Under the pieces are notes generated by a model, which ran no database searches, was not told the origin of the DNA, and was given only the letters and a program-made list of their open reading frames with translations. A stretch of DNA of 61,991 bases, filler included, from Sanchytrium tribonematis (Eukaryota), in the NCBI GenBank assembly GCA_018985235.1. It is 10 parts of 10 records of this genome, joined end to end, with 100 filler letters (N's around TTAATTAATTAA, not from the genome) between each part and the next. Parts side by side here need not be neighbours in the genome. Positions count along the whole stretch, not along the records: positions 18,740 to 24,856 come from JADGIG010000552.1; positions 24,957 to 31,067 come from JADGIG010000553.1; positions 31,168 to 37,275 come from JADGIG010000554.1; 7 more parts are not named here. One strand, given 5' to 3'. Below are positions 21,161 to 31,521 of the stretch, piece by piece; position 1 is the first letter of the stretch, and each line of letters starts with the position of its first letter. A program made the position numbers and the translations under genes.

Positions 21161-21946
21161 ATGCTCATATTCTTCATTTCCATGTCAGACGCTGCCGTAT
21201 TCTGCAATGAGTCCTACATAGAAACCAATTGCTTATCAAATATGCCTGTCTCCTGCTGGGTCAATACATTCACAGAACCACATTCGACGCTCCAAGAAGA
21301 TTTACAATATTCCCAAAGCACCTGCAATTCCAAATGTGGTCAGCATTATATTGATTTAACCAATTGCATCCAAAATCCACAAATGAAGTCTGTTTGTTTG
21401 GCTTCTTGGAATTTGGCATGTAATCAGATCAATTCAGAGTATTGTCAACAGTCTTTAATCAATTATTGGATACTTCTTGGTTATAAATCATATGACGCTG
21501 TTAATTCTACTTATAAAATGGACTGTAGAGATTGTTTTGCACAAAATGCGCTTTATAATAAGAAATATTATGATTTAACGCATGAAAATGTGAAAGGGTT
21601 AGACAGTGAAAGTGTAGAATATGGCTGTGGGGATTCATATGTCAGTCAATATGCAGAGAAAGCCAATTTAAATGTAGGAGAATTTAATGGATTGAAACAG
21701 CAATCTAGTCAATCTAGTGGATTAAGTACATTCTGGATAGTTGTGATTGTGATTGGATGTGCTATTGTCATGTTATTGTTCATGATTTGCTTGCTTTTAT
21801 TCAAAAAAAGACGAAAATCAAATTTATCAAATTTACCAACTCAACCCTTCCTTTCACAACCCATGCAACCAACAGAAGATAGAACTAGTGGTACGACTTA
21901 CAATAATTCACTGTCGGAAAAGTATTATGTGACTAGTTATGCGTAA
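21161..21946 (+). CDS. Cys-rich single-pass type I membrane protein
   Basis: Short leader, Cys-rich ectodomain, TM helix, KKRRK, cytoplasmic tail. Confidence 0.8.
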   Translation: MLIFFISMSDAAVFCNESYIETNCLSNMPVSCWVNTFTEPHSTLQEDLQYSQSTCNSKCGQHYIDLTNCIQNPQMKSVCLASWNLACNQINSEYCQQSLINYWILLGYKSYDAVNSTYKMDCRDCFAQNALYNKKYYDLTHENVKGLDSESVEYGCGDSYVSQYAEKANLNVGEFNGLKQQSSQSSGLSTFWIVVIVIGCAIVMLLFMICLLLFKKRRKSNLSNLPTQPFLSQPMQPTEDRTSGTTYNNSLSEKYYVTSYA

Positions 21947-21964
21947 TAAAATCCATTTTATTTT

Positions 21965-22519
21965 TTATGCGTCTTCAAAGAATTCATCCTGTTCTGGTTT
22001 ACGGACTAATTCTGCTTCCATTCTCATACCTTTAAAGTTCTTTCTTAATAAAGATGGAGGGGTGTGAAATGGTTTAAAGCAGACTTCTGTGTCTAATTCA
22101 CCAGATTTGGTTCTTTCATAAATTTCTTGCCAAATTTCAATCTTTTTAGAATTATCTTCAGCTACATGTAATAATGAAATATATTTACGATCCATTGGGA
22201 ATTGTAATGTGTAAATATAATCTGCTTTAGCTTTTAAAATGTCTTCTTCTGATTTTTCTTCTCTAATGGCTCTATTATACAATTTACGGGTCTTTTTACG
22301 CTCAAAGAACATGACTTTCTTATATTTGGTACTATATCTTCTATAGACTTCCAATTCTTCTTTAATTTTGAGGATTTGTTTGAGTGCTTCTTTTAATTCA
22401 CCTTCTGATTTACCCATTTGTTTCTTGATTTTATAGATTCCAATATCTACTACGTCTTGCAAATCATATCCTTTTGGGAGTTCTGCTTCTTGCGTTGCCA
22501 ACAAATCTTTCATTAACAT
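21965..22519 (-). CDS. EFG1: rRNA-processing protein Efg1
   Basis: KYKKVMFFERKK and DYIYTLQFP..RKYISL match the Efg1 family; acidic DEFFE end. Confidence 0.82.
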   Translation of the reverse strand: MLMKDLLATQEAELPKGYDLQDVVDIGIYKIKKQMGKSEGELKEALKQILKIKEELEVYRRYSTKYKKVMFFERKKTRKLYNRAIREEKSEEDILKAKADYIYTLQFPMDRKYISLLHVAEDNSKKIEIWQEIYERTKSGELDTEVCFKPFHTPPSLLRKNFKGMRMEAELVRKPEQDEFFEDA

Positions 22520-22724
22520 TTTCAAAGGAGATCACAAAGAGGGGTCACATTTTGGAAATTTCTTCGATTTGGAATGATTTGTTGAATCAATACGTGAGCG
22601 TCTTTCTCAACCCTAAAGAAAGCTGCTACCACGTGTAAGAACTAAACAAGAAAAAGTCAATACTACTTTGAAACAGATTACCCATCTCTTTGACCAAAAA
22701 GTAAACGCGCTTTTATTTTTGAAA

Positions 22725-23502
22725 ATGAGCCAATTTTCTCCAACGAGTCCAAATGTTGAAAGTGAATTTGTGACGCACTGTAGAACTGAAGCAGAATGTA
22801 TAGAAATGGGCATAGATCAATTGGTCGACATTGAGATCATCAGATTTTATCAAGCCGCTCATGGTGATGTCATACGTGCTGTTCACGATCTAAAAGAGTT
22901 ATTAAATTGGAGAAAACTAGTGAATTATCAAGACATATTAAATCGCGACTATCCAGATTATTGTAAATCATTGATTTATTTCTATGATTTGAGTCAAAAT
23001 GGACATCCCATACTATTTTATAAAGCTAAAAACCATTTACCATTGACGGATGATATTGAAATGCTCGTAAATTACTCAATATCATTGATTGGTAATTTAC
23101 AAAAAAATCACAATTATTCAAAAGTGTACTTGTTATTTGATAGAGACGGGGCCACCAAGGATAACGTCAACTTGGCACTTGCTAAACAAACCATATCTCT
23201 ATTCACAAAGTATTTTCCAGAAACATTAAAAGAATTATTGGTATTTCCAAGTAATTTCCTTTTATGGTCTTTGTGGTCTATTATTAAACCATTTATGGAT
23301 CCAGATACTGTTCAGAAAGTATTTTTAATTGATTTAGGTGTCGATATTGAGTGATGATGAGTATAAACGAGTTTTGATTGAAAAATTGGGTGCTTCAGCT
23401 GTTCCCCTTCGATTGACTGGTGAAAACAATAAATCAGAACCCATTAGACCCGAAATGACACTAAAAACACCTCCAGCAAGTCCGTCCAAAGGTTTCTGGT
23501 AG
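22725..23502 (+). CDS. CRAL-TRIO/Sec14-like lipid-binding protein, 2 exons (22725-23318, 23338-23502)
   Basis: IIRFYQA...LNWRK, GHPILFY, KYFPETL, WSIIKPFMDPDTVQKV. Confidence 0.88.
23319..23337 (+). other. 19-nt intron (GTATTTTTAATTGATTTAG)
   Basis: Removal gives TVQK/VSILSDDEYKRVLIEKLGASAVPLRLTG, a typical CRAL-TRIO end; near-identical to the tubulin intron. Confidence 0.85.
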
Positions 23503-23524
23503 CAATAAATCAATTATATTCTAT

Positions 23525-23779
23525 TTATTTCTCTAGTAATTTAATATGTGCTTGTATAAACTGTATTTTATTCAAGTGATCCTGTATTTTATTTTGGATC
23601 TTCTTTCTCTTCTTGATGTAATATTGGGTACGTTGATTTTGAATACATTGGATGTTAAACAGGCTATTTTCTGATTTCTGTGGTATTTCTAATGATTTAA
23701 GTTTTGCAATTAAATTGAATACGATTTCTTGTTGACTAAATAACAGATTATATGCAGAGTCAACCTCTTTCATACTCAT
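23525..23779 (-). CDS. Small coiled-coil protein, possibly Snapin/BLOC-1 subunit-like
   Basis: Two helices, LLFSQQEI and QYYIKK..KIQ..LNKIQ; family call is weak. Confidence 0.45.
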   Translation of the reverse strand: MSMKEVDSAYNLLFSQQEIVFNLIAKLKSLEIPQKSENSLFNIQCIQNQRTQYYIKKRKKIQNKIQDHLNKIQFIQAHIKLLEK

Positions 23780-24067
23780 TTATGACGGTGGCAGTTTGAC
23801 GGAGTGATCGGTGCCCTGATCGTGGCACAAAATCCCTCCCGATTTGCAATCCGATTGGATCCTCCTTTGTAAAATGACAGACACATGTGACTCTAAATGG
23901 GTAATCTATTCGATGATGAGCACATTTCATCGCACCTCGCCAGTTCAGACTACAGTCATGTAGAAGAAGTTTTTATGAATGAAAAAACCCGTCATGATTT
24001 GCTAAAATTTTAAAGGCAGTCTAAAATCACATTTCGGTATTTAAAATAGATACGGTTTAATTAGAGC

Positions 24068-24520
24068 ATGTCAATAGTTAAAGATGTTGATTTTATCCGC
24101 ACCGTATTGGCATTTATGATGACAATCACCATGATGTTTGCCATTTATCAAATAATTGTTGCAGAATGGACTACTGGCATTATCTGGTTATGTGCTGCAT
24201 TAGTACAAATGGTAGGTTTATTTAGTGATGATTTACGGGCTATTAAAGCATCTATTGCGACTTCCATCATCTTTTTAGTGGCAGCTTTGATTTGCCATGT
24301 CGTGATTTTAATTATCTTAAACAGCTGGGTTGTAGGACACACAAAGATGGTGCATTGGCTGGATACCAACTATTTCTTTCGATTATTACGAATCACGCAT
24401 ATTGTGGGGATTGTTTTAAGTATTGTGTTAATGACCATTATTGGATTTATGAGTCATTTATTAACTCAAGTATTGTCAGATAAGAGCGCAGGTCCAACTT
24501 CACCGCATGATAAGAAATAA
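24068..24520 (+). CDS. Four-TM membrane protein of unknown function
   Basis: Four hydrophobic helices; a 5' exon could be missing. Confidence 0.7.
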   Translation: MSIVKDVDFIRTVLAFMMTITMMFAIYQIIVAEWTTGIIWLCAALVQMVGLFSDDLRAIKASIATSIIFLVAALICHVVILIILNSWVVGHTKMVHWLDTNYFFRLLRITHIVGIVLSIVLMTIIGFMSHLLTQVLSDKSAGPTSPHDKK

Positions 24521-24956
24521 ATTGACTTTTAAAAATGACTAGAATTCCTTGCGAAAAGACAAATGACTAATGAAACCCAATCTCTTGACATTTTCAATCA
24601 AACATACTGGTGATTGTCTGATGGAATAAATCATTATTCGTGGATCCAATTCTAATAATTTGACCAATAATATTCCCATTATATTTCAATTTTGAGCACA
24701 CCAAACTGATTTCTTTATTTTTGCAAGATTGAAATGTTTTATGGTAATTTATAGTGATAATTGTGCCATGTACATGAAATGGATTGAATTTGACCTTGTT
24801 TAATTGTAAATGATCTATGCAAATTAATTCATTTTCATAAAATAATTCAATTTTTGNNNNNNNNNNNNNNNNNNNNNNNNNNNNNNNNNNNNNNNNNNNN
24901 TTAATTAATTAANNNNNNNNNNNNNNNNNNNNNNNNNNNNNNNNNNNNNNNNNNNN

Positions 24957-27382
24957 ACAACTTTCCAAGGTGTTCGAAATAAAACTACAATTATAATGAT
25001 TGAATTTAAAATTAATTGCAAAATCGCTTTCACGCTAATAGTCAATTGGAACGCCTGTTGACTATGAAAATAAACATTCAAAGTGCTTGTAGTTTGCATT
25101 GTGTGATTATTTGTCGTTGCGGCGAACTGAGAACTAACTATCTGAGAGAATGTCACTTTGGCTGGAAATAAAGGACGTGTATTAACAATTCTTGTGGCAG
25201 AGTCAATCAAAAGTGAAGGACTCAAGAGAGACATCTGTGTGGATACTGATAATGAGGTTAGCAGGTTTACAGTCACTGAAGGTAAAAAAGAATTTGCATT
25301 GGAGTTGTTGGAACTATGATAAGTGGCTGTACCTATTTTCTGATTTGTCGTATGGCTTTCAGACAAAGAATCAACCTGGTTTAAAATTTTACAAACATTA
25401 GAGTAAATGTCATATTTGACATTATTAGTGAGTGTGTTATTGCTAATATCACATAATTTTAATTTAGAGTAATATGTAATTGTGATATCTGTAAGCAGAT
25501 TTGAATTCAGAAATAGAGATTCAATATTTTGATTAGTGACTACAGCAACTCCTTGAATAAAATTGTTGCTTAAATCTAATATGCGCAAAGAGTCTAGTGA
25601 TGACTTGAATGTTAATTGGCCCGCCAAGTTCATGAATGGCCAAGAGATACTCTGAACTTCGTTATATAAACTGCAGCTAATTCCTTTCGCCGCACAACAA
25701 TTAATTTGCAACTGATTAAATATTGAAGGCTGGATAATATTAGCTTGTAGGTTTAGAGCCAAATCAACAATTGTAAAGCAATCTGGTAGAAAGCATCGGT
25801 TATAGGCAGTGTAGTATTGCTGATACATTAATGGGTTACTTCTTAAATTGCAATAATCTAACATATCAGGGCGATTAATAATAACATCCGTAAAGGAATT
25901 ATTTTCTACCCTTAAGTCCTTAATTGAGGTCGTTAAATTCAAAATGCCAGAAAATTGATTGTTGCTTAAGCCAAGTGTATTTAAAGTGACAGGCAACAAG
26001 GTTAAAAAAGGACCGTTAAATAAATTTGACCCCAAATTGAGAAACTCTAAATTTTGTGAAATATTGAGTTTTTTTAAAGTTCCACTTAATTTGTTTCCTT
26101 CAATATTAAATTTAACTAACGAATTAGGCATGTTAATATCAAGAGCACCTTGCAAATTATTATATTGTATCTCCAGAAATCGCAGACCATTAGGCAATGC
26201 TGGTAGAAAGCCATTAAAGTTATTTCCGTCCGCTTTGAAAATTGTTGTATTTTGTGGTACGGCAGGTAAATTTCCACTTAGGAGATTTATACTTACATCA
26301 AAAATTTTGAGTCCCACAGGGAGTAGGTTTGGTAAATTTCCAGTGAGTGTATTCCTTGATATATTTATAGTCAAGAGTCCAGTAGGCCACGCACCAGACA
26401 GAACACCTTTGAGCTGGTTATTCGATAAATCTAAATCCGTTAATCCACTTGGTACGTTAGCAAAATCAAGATTTCCGGTTAGATTCCTGCTAGAGAAGTT
26501 GATTGACGATATTAAATAATTTGCACCACAAATAACACCTGGATCGCTGCAACAATTGATTTGCAAAGAATTGAATACAGATGGCTGAGATTTGTCCATG
26601 TTAAGGCCTTTAGCTAGACTAATGACTTTTTCACAATCTGGAGGTAAGTATGAAATAGGAAGTGTACAAATTGAACCATAGCTAGCGTAGTAGGGCTGAT
26701 ACCATAAAGGATTGGTAATCATCTCACAGTATCCTAAAGCACTGCGGTCTAGTAGTGTAATCTGAGAAAGCAAGTTTTCGTGCGCTAAAAATATTTGGAC
26801 TGGAGAAGGCACTGTAATTTTGCCAGTAAAAAAGTTGGTATGTAGATATATAACAACCAGATTTGTTGGAATATTAAACGTAATTGGACCTGATAGCCGA
26901 TTCTCGCCCAAACTTAAAAGCGTTAGTGAATTTGGTATTATTAGATCGACTTCCCCATGAAATTGATTTCCTCCTAAATTCAAGGAAGTCAAGGTATTTG
27001 GCAGTTTCATACGAACAGTTCCATTAAATATATTGAACTGCATTTCAAATACTTGTATGATGCCTGGAACGACTTTTATATCACCTTCAATATTATTGCC
27101 CCCGAGCAGGACATTTACAATATTTGGAGGTAAATTAGACTCGTTAAATTTTCCATATAGTCCAGTTCCTGACCAGTCAATTTTAATAACTCTAGGGGTG
27201 CTATCACAAGTCACGCCTTTAGCATTGCAGCAGTTTTTATTCAATGAAGTCCAAACTGCTGGTTTTACAGTTGGTACATTCAAGTCTTGTCCCATTGCGA
27301 TAACCGCAGGGCAATCAATAGAGACGGAATACGCGACTTGGAACCAAATCAACAACCTAAAAACAAAAACTCCAATGGTCAT
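24957..27382 (-). CDS. Secreted/membrane LRR protein with three Cys-capped LRR modules and an S/T stalk (3' end cut)
   Basis: Signal peptide; three DC..L..NCC...G(V/I).C caps; LxxLxLxxNxLxG repeats; TM helix near the C-terminus. Confidence 0.92.
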
Positions 27383-27497
27383 GACAGATTTTAAAGTGGC
27401 TTGTAGGTAATCTTACAATCACCGACACGGGATGATATTTCATAATTATTCCAGCAATCAAAAGAGATCAAATTTCTCATAAACAATTTATTTATCG

Positions 27498-29234
27498 TTA
27501 CATCAAATTTACAATTAATAACCACAATATAATTTGCAATACTTTCGCATTATTCTGTCCTGCTAGCGTGACAGTAGGATGTGGTGCACTTGGGTCAGAT
27601 GGAGTAACTCCAAAATTGGTCTTGTCATATCCACAAATTGCCAAATCATTCAACTGTAACCGTGAATTATTTTGTCCCATGATATAAATACTATAAACCG
27701 GATAACTATCTACAGTAGTGCTATTCCAAGACCCATAAATATTGGTAATAGCAGCTGTCAAATCTACTTCTTTCAAAGTATTCGCAAAAATAGAAGAGGT
27801 TAATTGAGAAGTGGTATATTGTCTCTCGCATCCTCTCCATGAACAATATTCGTAATAAACTTCAGTGTAAATCTGAATTATATAGGTAGCAGTCTCAACA
27901 TCATCATATCCTGCTTTCAACGTTAATCCTTTTCGCATATCAATCCCAGGTGTCATTAATGCATAACTAGAATAATAATCAGAGTATCCATAATATCCAT
28001 AATAAGTAAACCATCCACTTAATTTCTTACATCCATCGTCTACTTGTAAATCCGTGTGCACTTTTTTGATTTCTGGCACCTCATCAAATCGAATATCTTC
28101 AGCATTTGGCGCACAAATCTCAATAAAATCAATCTCAGTTCGACTGCTAGCATATATTTGCAACTTGTCTGCGTGCATTTTATTAGCATAACTGTAATAA
28201 AATGCATTTTTGAAACTCAAACTATCTGTCAAACTTGTGTTGCTGGTTGTGTAATTAAAAGTATAAGCCAAGTAATCGTATCCGTAATATGATTTTCTGT
28301 AAATATCAACTTCAACATACTGGTATCCATAATAATTAAAATTGGGTGTACTGTTTGTATAATGTACTTTCATGGTCGTGGAAGTCGTCAAATTAAATGA
28401 TCCATAAACATTGTAATAACTGTAATAATAGCTGTAATATTCATAAGCTAGAGTTGGCTTATGGGATTGACAGGTTAATGGACCTGTGTAATTGTCGTAA
28501 ACTACGCCAAATGTTTCACTTGGATATGGCGTGTAAGATGCGGTTACGGTTGGTTCAATTCCAAAAAAGAAATTCTTTGGAGGTGCTCTGTAGCATAATG
28601 AACCACTATTTACAGTGATATAGGAGTAGTAACTGCCATAAATTTTGAGTTGGTATGCACGGATTGACTTTAAATTTCTAGTTGCCAAAATGGAAGCAAA
28701 TGTTACATTTGCAGAACCATAAGTATAGTAATTCGTGTTCAAAGTCACGTAATCATAGAATCCATCAGGACCATATACCTCAACATAAACTGTGCTGTAG
28801 TAATATGAATAGTAATCCAAATACAAAACAGTATTGGAATCAATTTCAAAATCACCATCTACATATTTACCAGAAACAGACCATTTCCAGGTCAAATCTT
28901 GACAATATGAACCATTTCTTGTTGTGTAGTCGGCGATTGGGTGAGATGGTGGGGTAATTAAATTAGTTGGAGAGGCTTTCATAGAAGAGTCATACATATT
29001 GCCAATAGCAAATGTGATTTTATCATCGGCCATTTTAGTAGGTGATGGTTTAGCGGATTCACTAGCAGTCATTACTTGATGATTCCAAGTAGAGCTATTT
29101 TTCATGATCTCCATGCTAGACGTTGGCTTGAATGTCACCGAGCCATTAAGAATTCCCATAGAAGTTAAACTCATATTTGCAGTGGAATTCAATGTACCGA
29201 TTGGCTCTAATGCATAAAGCAATGCTGTTAACAT
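27498..29234 (-). CDS. Tyr/Ser-rich surface protein with three Cys-bounded repeats and a GPI-like tail
   Basis: Leader MLTALLYA; three ~110-aa YY-rich units; C-terminal VLQIILWLLIVNLM. Confidence 0.8.
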   Translation of the reverse strand: MLTALLYALEPIGTLNSTANMSLTSMGILNGSVTFKPTSSMEIMKNSSTWNHQVMTASESAKPSPTKMADDKITFAIGNMYDSSMKASPTNLITPPSHPIADYTTRNGSYCQDLTWKWSVSGKYVDGDFEIDSNTVLYLDYYSYYYSTVYVEVYGPDGFYDYVTLNTNYYTYGSANVTFASILATRNLKSIRAYQLKIYGSYYSYITVNSGSLCYRAPPKNFFFGIEPTVTASYTPYPSETFGVVYDNYTGPLTCQSHKPTLAYEYYSYYYSYYNVYGSFNLTTSTTMKVHYTNSTPNFNYYGYQYVEVDIYRKSYYGYDYLAYTFNYTTSNTSLTDSLSFKNAFYYSYANKMHADKLQIYASSRTEIDFIEICAPNAEDIRFDEVPEIKKVHTDLQVDDGCKKLSGWFTYYGYYGYSDYYSSYALMTPGIDMRKGLTLKAGYDDVETATYIIQIYTEVYYEYCSWRGCERQYTTSQLTSSIFANTLKEVDLTAAITNIYGSWNSTTVDSYPVYSIYIMGQNNSRLQLNDLAICGYDKTNFGVTPSDPSAPHPTVTLAGQNNAKVLQIILWLLIVNLM

Positions 29235-29336
29235 TTAATGATTCCGTCTGGGAGAAGAGAGATTTTATAGGACGAAATAGGCCCAAAGCGTGCTCGTGGG
29301 TAACACGTTTTCTAATATTTTTAATGATCAAACAAG

Positions 29337-29567
29337 ATGTTCTTCAGTACTCTCATTTCTGCTATTTGTAAAATTGATGGTCAAATTACCAATGTAATTT
29401 GTGACGATGCGTCAAATACTTTATTGAAATGCTCCTTATTAGTAGATAATCATTTTGAAAAGTTGGGATTTTGTAAGTGCCCTCCACCTCAACCCAAGAC
29501 CCAATTGACTGTAAAAATTGATAATGATGATGTTAAGGTGAATTACTGTTTATGGCATGAAATCTAA
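29337..29567 (+). CDS. Small secreted Cys-rich protein
   Basis: Leader MFFSTLISA; six Cys; AATAAA at the stop. Confidence 0.6.
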   Translation: MFFSTLISAICKIDGQITNVICDDASNTLLKCSLLVDNHFEKLGFCKCPPPQPKTQLTVKIDNDDVKVNYCLWHEI

Positions 29568-30204
29568 TAAATGCGTTAAATTTTTATTAGCCAAATTAAA
29601 CGGAAATGGTTTAGCGGAGCCAGTTCTTGGGACTCCAGCCAACTACCTTTAAAAGTGATTTATTGTCATAGCGCAAGTAAATGTTTGAACTGGCATTAAT
29701 TGTGGAATGCAATTGCATTCGCATCAAGTCCCAAGGCGGACTTGGAAAAGTCGACCAAATAACCTTTTCAATTCCCCCGGGGAATTGAAACGCAACAGAC
29801 AAATTGCAGAATTTACTATTGAAAGAATTAAGGGTGATGGGATGAAGATAATATGTATTTATTAATGATAAAAAATGGATGGAAAACCAAGAGATGTGTT
29901 AAATTAGACATCATTGAGATAAAAGATGATTAAATTATCAAATTTACCAACAAAAGATGAGTCACGCAATCATTATTTGGAAATGAATTGCTTATTTGGG
30001 AAAATTAATCAGCATATGGACTGAATATTCAGCAAAAAAAATAAAAGGCTTGTATGTTCCAAAAGGTGCAATTAAAATTTGTCAAGTAGAAGATGTGGAT
30101 GTTATTTCCAAATTTCAATTATTCTTTTTGAAAATCACAGAGCAATTTTTAACAGGACTCAAACCATGTATCCTGTGTCTCACCCCAGTGATATTTAATT
30201 GACA

Positions 30205-30682
30205 ATGAGAGAAGACAAAAAAAGTTGAGCAGAATCATTTTTTGTAACAATGAAATGAAGCCTACAGCTATTAGTGAATCATTGTATCTAACTTAGATCA
30301 ACTTAAAAGCTATTTGAAGAGATATCGATTTGCTAAAAAGTTACACAAGCTTAATGTGATAGGAAAAGGAGTTATTAAAGGAAGAGAGGCTTTTAAAATT
30401 AAAAATTACGTTGAAAAATACACAAAAAAGTCATTGCGACCACGATTAAAAGCTTTGAAAGCAATTATGGTATCCAATTGAGGGCGTGTGGGCGTTGATT
30501 TCCAACAATATTGATAAATTAGAAATCCTTGGTTCAGCGGGCGAATTGTGAGATATTTTCCTAAAGGAATGGGAAAACTTCAGTCAAGAAACGTTAATTT
30601 TATTAGCAGATTATTTGAAGGACGATTGGAAAAGGTAATTGAATTAAGAGGCGAATTAATTAATAAAACCTACTTAAATTGA
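30205..30682 (+). mobile_element. Decayed, internally deleted Tc1-like transposase related to 13205-13540
   Basis: PIEGVWALISNNIDKLEI and WENFSQETLILLAD...RLEKVIELRGELINKTYLN parallel the contig-3 copy; shared TTAATAAAACCTACTT. Confidence 0.7.
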
Positions 30683-31192
30683 TTTATATTTAGGGTGTGA
30701 AAAGTAATGTGCTTAGTGATATTGTACAGTACGTACAATTATTGTAAAAAGAAAATACAATAAATTTTATTGTGGGGGTAAACGTCAGATCACAGACCAA
30801 TCATAGTGTGGGCATCACGACGTGTCACGTTGCTTCTCCAGTAGCCCCTTTGAATCACGAAACACGAGTTTACCATGATAAAATCTCTCTTCAAGTCTTT
30901 AACGGGTGATCCGAATGTATTGGATGACTCGCATAACTATAATAATAAATTATTAAACGATGAGATTGAAATAAACAGTTACATAATTTCGCTCCGTTAG
31001 CCAGCCAATCAAATTCAATGTTCTAGCCAATTAAAGTAATATCATTATCCAATCAACATCAACGGGANNNNNNNNNNNNNNNNNNNNNNNNNNNNNNNNN
31101 NNNNNNNNNNNTTAATTAATTAANNNNNNNNNNNNNNNNNNNNNNNNNNNNNNNNNNNNNNNNNNNNTCGTCTCCATACTTAGGTGAAACTG

Positions 31193-31516
31193 ATGTCCAT
31201 TCTTGGAGTTGGTTGTGATGTTCTAAGCTTACCAAGATTTCATCGGGTTTTTAAGAAATATCCCGATAGGATAAAATCCAAATTATTATCGGAAGAAGAG
31301 TTGAAGATGTATAACGGGGATTGGAATTATTTGGCAACTAGGTTTTCAGTTAAAGAATCGGCATTCAAAGCAACCCAAACACATACTTGGAAAACATTGA
31401 CTCTCTCAAAGGACGGTCGAAAACCAATTCTCAAAAGCGAATTAGGTCACAAACTTCTTGTGTCGATATCGCATGATTCCGGAATGATTTTCACAATTGT
31501 TAATTGGATAGCATAA
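31193..31516 (+). CDS. PPT2: AcpS-type phosphopantetheinyl transferase (mitochondrial Ppt2-like)
   Basis: ILGVGCDV, YLATRFSVKESAFKA, GRKP, VSISHD. Confidence 0.88.
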   Translation: MSILGVGCDVLSLPRFHRVFKKYPDRIKSKLLSEEELKMYNGDWNYLATRFSVKESAFKATQTHTWKTLTLSKDGRKPILKSELGHKLLVSISHDSGMIFTIVNWIA

Positions 31517-31521
31517 ATTTA

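Noticed and set aside
31193..31516. Bacterial acpS contamination or recent HGT
   Set aside because: It lies 5 nt from an intron-containing eukaryotic Rab-GAP gene, and fungi have a native AcpS-type Ppt2
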